Below, piece by piece: positions 1 to 7,777 of a DNA stretch of 64,000 bases. A program made the translations under genes and the position numbers. Within the stretch, counting starts at the first letter, position 1; each line of letters opens with the position of its first letter. Source of the DNA: an uncultured Spirochaetota bacterium. GTDB lineage: Bacteria > Spirochaetota > Spirochaetia > SZUA-6 > Fen-1364. Location: positions 640,001-704,000 of the forward strand of contig CAWGAA010000003.1 of NCBI GenBank assembly GCA_963820525.1. Reading direction: 5' to 3'. The notes beneath the pieces were generated by a model. That model saw only the letters and a program-made list of their open reading frames with translations. It was not told the DNA's origin and searched no databases.

Positions 1-2
1 TC

Positions 3-389
3 TCCGAGCCGCTCGTGAAGCACAAGCCCGATGGTAGTGGGAGGGCCCACGCTCGACTGCCCGGGGTCGCAATCGACATAGGCCACCGGGCCGGGCGCTC
101 CCGCGCCTCCATTCGGGTCTGTCCCGCCGCCGCCCTCCCCGCCGCAGTCCGCGGGGTCACCGCTTGCGGCTGAAGCGCCCGCCGGATCATCCCCCCGTGC
201 GCCTCGCCCCGCCAGAAGCCCGTTTACCAGGAATCGGCAGAGAGTGGTCTTGCCGCAATCGGGCTCACCGGCCACGTATACGATGCGCGGGATCTCGCCG
301 GTCGTCTCCCCGAGCGCAGCGAGCAGCTCCTCACGCCCCAGGCTCGCCTCTTCCATCTCCAGCTCCCGTGCCAGTATAGCATCGCCCAT
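3..389 (-). CDS. Clp1/Grc3/Nol9-family polynucleotide 5'-hydroxyl kinase, N-terminal part (runs off the left edge; absent from the ORF track)
   Basis: Manual translation of the minus strand from ATG 389 (alternative ATG 356): ...IVYVAGEPDCGKTTLCRFLVN (Walker A)...VAYVDCDPGQSSVGPPTTIGL (Clp1-type DxDxGQ..GPP motif); no stop before the edge. Confidence 0.85.
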   Translation of the reverse strand, partial: MGDAILARELEMEEASLGREELLAALGETTGEIPRIVYVAGEPDCGKTTLCRFLVNGLLAGRGARGDDPAGASAASGDPADCGGEGGGGTDPNGGAGAPGPVAYVDCDPGQSSVGPPTTIGLVLHERLG

Positions 390-394
390 GATCC

Positions 395-422
395 TTGACA
401 CCGGCCGGCGGGGATGTACCTT
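395..422 (+). promoter_or_regulatory. Putative sigma70 promoter giving a leaderless transcript for the dehydrogenase
   Basis: TTGACA (395-400), 16 nt, TACCTT (417-422), 6 nt, ATG 429; no SD. Confidence 0.5.
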
Positions 423-428
423 TCCCTC

Positions 429-1385
429 ATGAAGATCGTCGTCCTCGATGGGGCAACGGTGAACCCGGGAGACAATCCCTGGGACGAGGTGACCGCGCTG
501 GGAGCGCTCGATGTGTATCCCCGGACCGCCCCTCCGCTGACCGTGGAGAGGGCCGCGCCGGCCGACATTCTCCTGACCAACAAGACGGCCCTCACGGAGC
601 ATATCATCTCCCGCCTGCCCCGCTTGAAGCTGATCTGCGTCCTGGCAACCGGCTACAATGTAATCGATACGGCCGCGGCGCGGCTGCGGAGCGTTCCCGT
701 GTGCAATGTTCCCGAGTACAGCACGGACTCCGTTGCGCAGCACGTGTTCGCGCTGCTGCTCGAGCTGGCCGGCCGCATCTGCCTGTATGATAAGGCCGTG
801 AAGGACGGCGAGTGGAGCGCCGGCCTCGATTTCTCCCTCTGCAAGAGCCCGCCGGTCGAGCTTTCGGGGAAAACCATGGGAATCGTCGGGTTCGGCCGCA
901 TCGGCCGCCGCGTGGGAGAGATCGCCCACGCCATGGGCATGGATGTCATCGCCTCCAGCCGCTCGCGGGGAGCGTCCCCGGGATACTCCCCCTTTGGCTG
1001 GGTGTCCACGGAAGAGCTTTTCCGCCGGGCGGATGTGGTCAGCCTCAACTGCGCTCTCACCCGGGAGAACGCGCGGTTCGTGAACGCGGCCCTGCTGTCA
1101 ACCATGAAGCCCGGCGCCTTCATCATCAACACAGCCCGAGGAGGGCTCATCGCGGAGGACGATCTGGCGCGGGCCCTTTCCCGGGGCGCGATAGCGGGGG
1201 CCGGGCTCGACGTTGCCGCTGAGGAGCCCATTCCGGCCGGCAATCCCCTGCTCTCGGCGCTCAACTGCGTGATGACTCCGCACATCGCGTGGGCGAGCCT
1301 TGAATCGCGGCGGAGGCTGATGCACGAAACGGCGGCGAATATCGCGGCGTTTCTTTCGGGCAAGCCGCGAAACGTGGTGAACTGA
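429..1385 (+). CDS. D-2-hydroxyacid dehydrogenase (glycerate dehydrogenase/hydroxypyruvate reductase-like)
   Basis: MKIVVLDG start, ATGYNVID, GIVGFGRIG Rossmann motif, INTARGGLI, AGLDV..EP, TPHIAW. Confidence 0.92.
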   Translation: MKIVVLDGATVNPGDNPWDEVTALGALDVYPRTAPPLTVERAAPADILLTNKTALTEHIISRLPRLKLICVLATGYNVIDTAAARLRSVPVCNVPEYSTDSVAQHVFALLLELAGRICLYDKAVKDGEWSAGLDFSLCKSPPVELSGKTMGIVGFGRIGRRVGEIAHAMGMDVIASSRSRGASPGYSPFGWVSTEELFRRADVVSLNCALTRENARFVNAALLSTMKPGAFIINTARGGLIAEDDLARALSRGAIAGAGLDVAAEEPIPAGNPLLSALNCVMTPHIAWASLESRRRLMHETAANIAAFLSGKPRNVVN

Positions 1386-1427
1386 AAAATCGATCGGGCC
1401 TCCCGGGCGGGGGCGATGGGACCGCGT

Positions 1428-1826
1428 TTATCTCTTAGCCTGCGGCTCCTCGAGGGAAGCCTGGAGCACATCGACGAGCTTCTGGATGGTCTCTTGCGGA
1501 AGCGAATCGAGCCGTGCCTCGAGCTCCTGCACGAGGCCTTGAAGCTCTTCCGTGCTCTTTCTCACCTCGGAAGTCTCCTTTGCCGTCTCCGCGGCCTGCT
1601 CCACGGCAGCGGCCGCCTGGTCCTTGAAGTCCTGAATCTCCTTCACTTCCTGGGAGACCCGCTCCAAATCGGCCCGCTGCTTCTCGAGCGTGCTCTGCAC
1701 CTTTTCATCCTGCTCGGCAAACCTCTTGTCCACGGAGTCCGCTGTTGCAAGACCAAGAAAACCTGTGCTGGCGCACCCGCAGAGCCCAATCGCGATGGCG
1801 AGAGCCAGGGCGGGAAGTTTCTTCAT
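1428..1826 (-). CDS. Coiled-coil lipoprotein, function unknown
   Basis: GGAGG SD before ATG 1826; MKKLPALALAIAIGLCGC lipobox; heptad-rich helical body. Confidence 0.75.
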   Translation of the reverse strand: MKKLPALALAIAIGLCGCASTGFLGLATADSVDKRFAEQDEKVQSTLEKQRADLERVSQEVKEIQDFKDQAAAAVEQAAETAKETSEVRKSTEELQGLVQELEARLDSLPQETIQKLVDVLQASLEEPQAKR

Positions 1827-1996
1827 GAATGCCTCCTCTATCACCCCTTAAACAGCGCGGAAGCTTCAAAATGTTCCTTTGCCGAGGACCACCCCCCTCC
1901 TGAGGGGTACTTGCATTTCAGCACGGAAGGTATACAATAATCGCGGCAAATGGATCTCCGCCGGGTCGCGCATCCCCTCTTCCGAAAGGAGCCTGT

Positions 1997-3817
1997 ATGT
2001 CACGCATTGCGTGGATAGCCCGAGTTACGACCTTTGCCCTGGCGGCGCTTCTCACTGCAGGATGCATGAGCGTGGCGCCCGCAGCCGCGGAGGTGTACAA
2101 GGACCCCAGAGCGAAGAGAGAAGATCGCGTGGCGGATCTCCTCTCCCGCATGACCCTGGAGGAGAAGATAGGCCAGATGACCCAGGTGGCCCGAGACTAC
2201 GTCGCAAATCCTTCCGATATAGCCGTCTACGGCTTCGGCTCGATACTTTCCGGCGGCGGCTCCGGCCCTGCCAACAATACGCCGAAGGACTGGGCCGACA
2301 TGATCGACGGCTACCAGCGCATCGCCCTCGGCTCACGCCTCGGCATCCCCATGCTCTATGGCGTGGATGCGGTTCACGGCAACAACAATGTGCGGGGCGC
2401 CGTCATATTCCCCCACAACATCGGCCTGGGCGCCACCCGGGATCCCGATATCGTGCGTCAGGCGGCCCGCATAACGGCATTCGAGATGGTGGCCACGGGC
2501 GCGCGCTGGGACTTCGCACCCTGCGTCACCGTTCCCCAGGATGCGCGATGGGGCAGGACCTACGAGGGCTTCGGATCCGACCCCGATTTGGTTTCCCGGC
2601 TCGCAGCTGCGGCTATCGCCGGCTACCAGGCTGGAGGACTTGCGGCGCCCGGCACGGTCCTGGCCACGGCCAAGCACTTTGTCGCGGATGGCGGCACCGA
2701 GGGGGGAGTTGACCGGGGAAACGCGCGGATCACCGACGAGATCCTTCGCGCGGTCCACCTGAAGCCGTATATCGACGCGATCGCCTCGGGGGCGGAGTCC
2801 GTCATGGCATCCTACAGCTCGATAAACGGTGTGAAGAACCACGCGAACCGCGATCTCCTTACCGGAGTCCTGCGCAAGGAGCTGGGCTTCTCCGGCTTCG
2901 TCGTCTCCGACTGGGCCGCCGCCAAGGAGCTTCCCGGCTCTCCGCGGGAGCAGGTCAAGACGGCCGTCAATGCCGGGGTTGACATGTTCATGCTCCCCGA
3001 CTGCTACACGGAGTTCAGCGCGGAGATGCTCGACCTTGTGAACACGGGGGAGGTGAGCGGGTCCCGCGTGGACGAGGCCGTGCGGCGGATTCTTTCCGTG
3101 AAGTTTCAGATGGGCCTCTTCGAGAAGCCCTTCGCGGATCGTTCGCTCCTGGCTTCCGTCGGATCACCGGAGCACCGCGCCATTGCGCGCCGGGCGGTCC
3201 GCGAGTCACTCGTTCTTTTGAAGAACGAGGGGAGAGTCCTTCCCATCGGGCCGAAAGTGAAGCGCATCCTGGTCACCGGCTCCCTGGCCGACGATCTTGG
3301 AGGCCAATGCGGCGGGTGGACCATCACGTGGCAGGGAGGATCGGGGCCCGTCACGAAGGGGACCACGATCCTGGACGGCATCAGGGAAGTGGCGGGAAGG
3401 GACGTGACGGTGCTCGGCTCGCCGGACGGAAGACTTCCTGCCGGCCAGAAGGCGGTTGACCTCGTCCTGGTCGTGGTGGGAGAGAGACCGTACGCGGAGA
3501 CCAAAGGGGACTCGTGCGATCTTGCGCTCTCCTCCACGGACAAGGCGGCCCTTCAGGCGGCGCGATCCAACGGAGCGCCGGTTGTCCTTCTCATCGTATC
3601 GGGAAGACCTCTTATCGTAACCTCGGAGCTGGCGGAAGTGGATGCCTTGGTGGCAGCGTGGCTTCCCGGCACCGAAGGAGGGGGCGTGGCTGATGTGCTC
3701 TTCGGCAGGGAGCCTTTCCGCGGCAAGCTTCCGGTGCCATGGCCGAAAGAAGTCACGTCCATCCCCGACGGCTTGGGTGAGCCGTTGTTCCCGTTCGGCG
3801 CCGGCCTCGCGCGCTGA
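1997..3817 (+). CDS. GH3 beta-glucosidase/exo-glucanase, probable lipoprotein
   Basis: MTLEEKIGQMTQ, DAVHG, RWGRTYE, AKHFVADG, VVSDW nucleophile, ESLVLLKN, AWLPGTEG; LTAGC lipobox; AAGGAG SD. Confidence 0.95.
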   Translation: MSRIAWIARVTTFALAALLTAGCMSVAPAAAEVYKDPRAKREDRVADLLSRMTLEEKIGQMTQVARDYVANPSDIAVYGFGSILSGGGSGPANNTPKDWADMIDGYQRIALGSRLGIPMLYGVDAVHGNNNVRGAVIFPHNIGLGATRDPDIVRQAARITAFEMVATGARWDFAPCVTVPQDARWGRTYEGFGSDPDLVSRLAAAAIAGYQAGGLAAPGTVLATAKHFVADGGTEGGVDRGNARITDEILRAVHLKPYIDAIASGAESVMASYSSINGVKNHANRDLLTGVLRKELGFSGFVVSDWAAAKELPGSPREQVKTAVNAGVDMFMLPDCYTEFSAEMLDLVNTGEVSGSRVDEAVRRILSVKFQMGLFEKPFADRSLLASVGSPEHRAIARRAVRESLVLLKNEGRVLPIGPKVKRILVTGSLADDLGGQCGGWTITWQGGSGPVTKGTTILDGIREVAGRDVTVLGSPDGRLPAGQKAVDLVLVVVGERPYAETKGDSCDLALSSTDKAALQAARSNGAPVVLLIVSGRPLIVTSELAEVDALVAAWLPGTEGGGVADVLFGREPFRGKLPVPWPKEVTSIPDGLGEPLFPFGAGLAR

Positions 3818-4011
3818 AAAAACGGCCCCTCTGACGGTTCCTTAAAGCTCGAATCTCTCCATTCTCCTGTCATCGGTATTCGACAATTCGCTTCCCAAAA
3901 TATGACAGAGTTTTCATCGCGCGCATGACTTCAGCCGGCGACCGAGGCCTGTATACTGAGATTCAGTTCAGTTCCATTGTCCGATGGTTTTGTGAAAGAG
4001 AGGAGCTGAGA

Positions 4012-4275
4012 ATGGCCGAGAAGGTGGTCGATTGCGCCTGGAAGGTCTGGAAAGCCCTCGGGGAGATGGGCAAGCTCAACCTCTGGGAAGTACGGGCTTT
4101 TCTCGGCGAGCCTCGGGATTTCACATGCGAAGTCCTGATGTGGCTTGCGGCCAGGGGAAAGATCGCCTACTGGCCGGCGGACGATCAGCTTTTCGTGACG
4201 CTCACTGAAAAGGAGCGCGAAGCATTCACCGCGGCGGCGGTGGAGCTCGAGCCCCCCGCTTTCGCGGCTGGTTGA
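4012..4275 (+). CDS. Small winged-helix protein (DUF2582-like)
   Basis: GAGGAG SD; AWKVWKAL..GKLNL...LMWLAARGKI resembles the DUF2582 pattern AGxIWxxL...GWLARExKI. Confidence 0.65.
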   Translation: MAEKVVDCAWKVWKALGEMGKLNLWEVRAFLGEPRDFTCEVLMWLAARGKIAYWPADDQLFVTLTEKEREAFTAAAVELEPPAFAAG

Positions 4276-4277
4276 AA

Positions 4278-5300
4278 ATGAGCACCGCGCAGACCCGATA
4301 CAGGAGATTGACCTCGTCAGCCGAGCGCCGGACATCCGCGCGAGGAGCCCTCAAGAGCGCTTCTCTTTTGCGCGAGCCCGTCACCCGGAGCATCGAGGTC
4401 GGCCTGATCCCCGAGCTGGCCTGCATGGCCCGCTTCCTCGGCAGGGCCCCGCACAACAAGCCGGTGAGCGATATCCGCCGCCGCCTGGCTGCCGCTCTGG
4501 ACGCGGTTGAAGCCCTGATCGTCGAGGGAGCCATCCAGCCATGGCGCCGCGTTCGGCTCTCCGCCGAAGATGCCCAACAGCCGATCTCGCTTCGGCCGCT
4601 GCGCCTCGGCGTGTACCCTCTTTCCGCGAATCCAATCCACTGGGGGCACGTGCTGGCGGGATTGAGCGCCATGGTGCACGGAAGGCTGGACAAGGTCGTG
4701 TACATCGTCACGACTGAGGAAGGCAGGGCGGACATGCTTCCGGAAGAGTCCCGCCATGAAGCGGCGCGGGAGCTTCTCAAGAGCTTCGAGCCCTTGCTCT
4801 GCTACTCCCCCATCGCGCGCGAGACCTCATCCGACGGAGAATCCAGCGTGTTTCACATCCTGGATCTCAATCCGATGACGAGGATCGATGCATTCTTCCT
4901 GGCCGGCGCAAAGAAGTGCCGGAGGAGAAACTCCATCACGGGAGAGCCCGAGACCATCGAGAAGCTGGAGAACGGCGTCCTTCGCCGGATCTACGCCAGA
5001 CGGAACAACGACGGCGAGATGCATTCACTTTCGCTCCTCTTCCTCCAGGGACAGGAAGGATTCGTCGCTCCCCAGACCTTCATTCCGTTGCGTTTCATCC
5101 CCTCGCCGATGCCGGATGCATGCTCGCGGGAGATTCTCCACGCCCTTTCAAAGAAGCGCGACCCCGAGGTCCTCTCCGCCCTCCCCTTCTCGGTATTCCA
5201 CCATATGCAGGAGGCCGTGAGGGCGGGGAAAATGAATGAGTTAAAATCGAGAGCCAAGGAAACAGTGGTCTCGATTCATGAAAAAGTGGCGCAGATTTAA
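4278..5300 (+). CDS. HIGH-superfamily nucleotidyltransferase, divergent NadD-like
   Basis: LGVYPLSANPIHWGH (HxGH), LDKVVYIV, FFLAGA, ACSREIL in place of ISSTEIR; starts 2 nt after the wHTH stop. Confidence 0.6.
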   Translation: MSTAQTRYRRLTSSAERRTSARGALKSASLLREPVTRSIEVGLIPELACMARFLGRAPHNKPVSDIRRRLAAALDAVEALIVEGAIQPWRRVRLSAEDAQQPISLRPLRLGVYPLSANPIHWGHVLAGLSAMVHGRLDKVVYIVTTEEGRADMLPEESRHEAARELLKSFEPLLCYSPIARETSSDGESSVFHILDLNPMTRIDAFFLAGAKKCRRRNSITGEPETIEKLENGVLRRIYARRNNDGEMHSLSLLFLQGQEGFVAPQTFIPLRFIPSPMPDACSREILHALSKKRDPEVLSALPFSVFHHMQEAVRAGKMNELKSRAKETVVSIHEKVAQI

Positions 5301-5412
5301 AAAGTGGCAAGCCCTTCCTCCTTCTAACCGGCGCGGCTTTCGGAGGCCGGATACCTCCGGAGTGCTGCGCCGCTTTTTTTCGCCGGTAAGGGATTCTCTG
5401 AAAGGAGAGAGC

Positions 5413-6423
5413 ATGAAAAGTACGGGACGAACAAGCCTTTCACTCACGCTTGCCCTGGCATTCTCCTCCGCCCTTGCGGCGGCGCCGTCGTATGCCCAAG
5501 GGGTGACGTTCTCCGCCAGGAGCGGGACCGGAATGCTCTATGGGCTGGCCAAGGAAATCGTCTACTACAAGGGCTTCACGGAGAGCGAGCTCGACTGGGC
5601 CATCCAGCCCGTGTTTTTCGCGGAGATGGAGCTCGAGCTGAAGGCCTTCGGAGGGCTTCTGGCGACATTGAGCTTCCGCAACGGGTTTCCGGGGCAGAGC
5701 GGCTTCATCACGGACTCGGATTGGCTCAACTATGCGTTCAATGGGGATACGAGCAAGACCAACTTTTCCCAGCACAACTGCTTCACGGAGCGCGCAATTC
5801 TTGTGGACGCGCGGGTGGGCTGGGAGTTCGCGCTCGCGGACGGGTTGGCCCTTGAGCCGTTCGGCGCCTTCGGGCTCATGTCCTTCCAGTGGACGGCCCG
5901 CGACGGCTACCTGCAGTATCCGGCGGGATGGTTTTCCGGAACACCACCCTCCCAGCCTTATCCGGCGTGGTCCCCGTCGGACCCGAAGGTCCCCGTCTAT
6001 GGGATGGGCATCGACTATTGGCAGACGTACCTCTTCCCAGCGGCCGGAATCAGGGCCACCCTCCAGTTCGCGCGGATCTGGACCATAGCCGTCTCCGTCT
6101 CCGGATCTCCCTTTCTCTGGTGCTTCGACATCGACAACCATGATTTCCGCGGCCTGAGCTTCACCGAGAACATGACGGGGGGATGGCTCATCGAGCCCGA
6201 GATCACGGTTGAGCTGCGTTTTTCAGAGCGCGCCACGGCGTCACTCGAGGCGAACTACAGGCACATCTCCGGGCTCCTCGGAGACTCCACCCAGACGGTC
6301 ATGGGGGCCGACTATCCCGGCGCACCGTCCCCCGTTCCCGGCACGACCATCACGTTTCCCGACACGGCGGGCGTCTCCTACGACACTCTCTCCATCTCGC
6401 TCAATTTCTCCCTGACGCTGTAA
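5413..6423 (+). CDS. Omptin-family outer membrane protease
   Basis: Signal peptide; SELDW, TDSDW and DIDNHDFR match omptin catalytic motifs; alternating beta-strand pattern; AAGGAG SD. Confidence 0.85.
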   Translation: MKSTGRTSLSLTLALAFSSALAAAPSYAQGVTFSARSGTGMLYGLAKEIVYYKGFTESELDWAIQPVFFAEMELELKAFGGLLATLSFRNGFPGQSGFITDSDWLNYAFNGDTSKTNFSQHNCFTERAILVDARVGWEFALADGLALEPFGAFGLMSFQWTARDGYLQYPAGWFSGTPPSQPYPAWSPSDPKVPVYGMGIDYWQTYLFPAAGIRATLQFARIWTIAVSVSGSPFLWCFDIDNHDFRGLSFTENMTGGWLIEPEITVELRFSERATASLEANYRHISGLLGDSTQTVMGADYPGAPSPVPGTTITFPDTAGVSYDTLSISLNFSLTL

Positions 6424-6429
6424 GGCTCC

Positions 6430-6455
6430 GGGGGGCGCCTTCCGCGGCGCTCCCC
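6430..6455 (+). terminator. GC-rich hairpin after the omptin gene
   Basis: GGGGGCGCC-TTCCGC-GGCGCTCCCC stem-loop directly after TAA; weak U tract. Confidence 0.35.
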
Positions 6456-6514
6456 AATTCGCCTCTGCCGATTGCGCCCCCATGAGCGGTGACGCTATAC
6501 TGTCGGCTGACCCG

Positions 6515-7777
6515 ATGCACATCAAAACTGAACGTCTCCTCGTTACGATCGCAATGCTTATCGCCTCGGCCGCTGTCGCCGCGGCCAGAGGGGGAAGGGA
6601 GACCCCCGCGCCGCGGACTCCCCTCAGGCTGGCCCTTTGGATTGTCGACAACGAAAGCGAAAGGGTGTCCGCCTTTGCCCGGCGCCTTGCCGCCGAGGCG
6701 AGCGGGAAGAATCCCTGGCTCGGCGTGGATGTTTCGGCCAAAAGCCTCGAGATTCTACAAAAGGATCTCCTCCTGGCAGGCTCCGCGGGCTCTCCGCCGG
6801 CTCTGGTCTGGGCCTCCGGGGACCAGATCCCTCCCCTTGCGAGCGCGGGGCTCATCCAGCCCGTCGACGGCCTTTTCGATGCTTCCCGCTTTCTTTCCTC
6901 CGCCGTGGAGGCGGGAAGATACTCCGGCAGGAGATGGGGGGTGCCCATCTCGGTCGGAGGCCACCTCATGCTCTTCTATAATAAGGATCTGGCCCCCGCC
7001 CCGCCCCGCACCACCGAAGAGCTTTTCGCTTTGGCGAAAAAACTTTCGGCGAGCGGCAGGTACGCGGTTGTGTGGTTCCAGTACGAGCCGTTCTGGCTCG
7101 TGCCATGGCTGGGAGCATTCCGCGGCAGGCTCTTCGATGCCGATGGCCTGAAACCCGCCCTCGACACTCCCGAGATGGTCGCCACCCTGACGTTTCTCTC
7201 CACCCTGAAGCTCGGGAAAATCCTTCCCGCGGATGGAGACTACGCCAGCGCGGACGCGCTCTTCAAGGAGGGCAAGGCCGCGGCGATCGTCAACGGCGAG
7301 TGGGCGTCGAACGACTACAGGGCGGCGCTCGGCGCACGGCTCGCCGCGACGCGTATCCCGAAGGTGAGCGCCACGGGCGAGTGGCCCCGGCCGCTGGTGA
7401 CCGGCGTCTTCTTCATGATACCGCGCGAAATAGAGGGCGAGGCGCTTACCGCAGCCAGGCTCTTCGTCTCCGGCGCCACGGGAAAGGACGCACAGCTCCA
7501 GCTCGCCGGCGACCTCGCCCGCGTTCCGGCCCTCACGGCGGCTGTCGAAGACCCCGCGGTCAGGGAAGACCCGCTTTTAGGCGGCTCGGCCGAGCAGGCG
7601 GCGGCAGGCGTACCTCTTCCCCCCTCTTATCGAACCCGCTGCGTATGGGATGCCATGAAGCCGGAGCTCCTCGCGGTGATGGGTGGGCTGGAAAGCCCTT
7701 CCGAAGCGGCTCATGCCATGCAGAAAGCCGCGGAAGCATGCATCGCGGCCGGCGCAGAACGGAGCGCCCCCCGGTGA
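6515..7777 (+). CDS. Extracellular solute-binding protein (MalE/sugar-binding family 1), no adjacent permease
   Basis: Signal peptide; WGVPIS...LFYNKDL...PRTTEEL, LFKEGKAAAIVNGEW, VWDAM. Confidence 0.85.
   Translation: MHIKTERLLVTIAMLIASAAVAAARGGRETPAPRTPLRLALWIVDNESERVSAFARRLAAEASGKNPWLGVDVSAKSLEILQKDLLLAGSAGSPPALVWASGDQIPPLASAGLIQPVDGLFDASRFLSSAVEAGRYSGRRWGVPISVGGHLMLFYNKDLAPAPPRTTEELFALAKKLSASGRYAVVWFQYEPFWLVPWLGAFRGRLFDADGLKPALDTPEMVATLTFLSTLKLGKILPADGDYASADALFKEGKAAAIVNGEWASNDYRAALGARLAATRIPKVSATGEWPRPLVTGVFFMIPREIEGEALTAARLFVSGATGKDAQLQLAGDLARVPALTAAVEDPAVREDPLLGGSAEQAAAGVPLPPSYRTRCVWDAMKPELLAVMGGLESPSEAAHAMQKAAEACIAAGAERSAPR

Noticed and set aside
7072..7773. N-terminal extension of the 935-aa DUF3857 ORF
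   Set aside because: Overlaps the binding-protein gene in another frame; the real start is near 7774-7861
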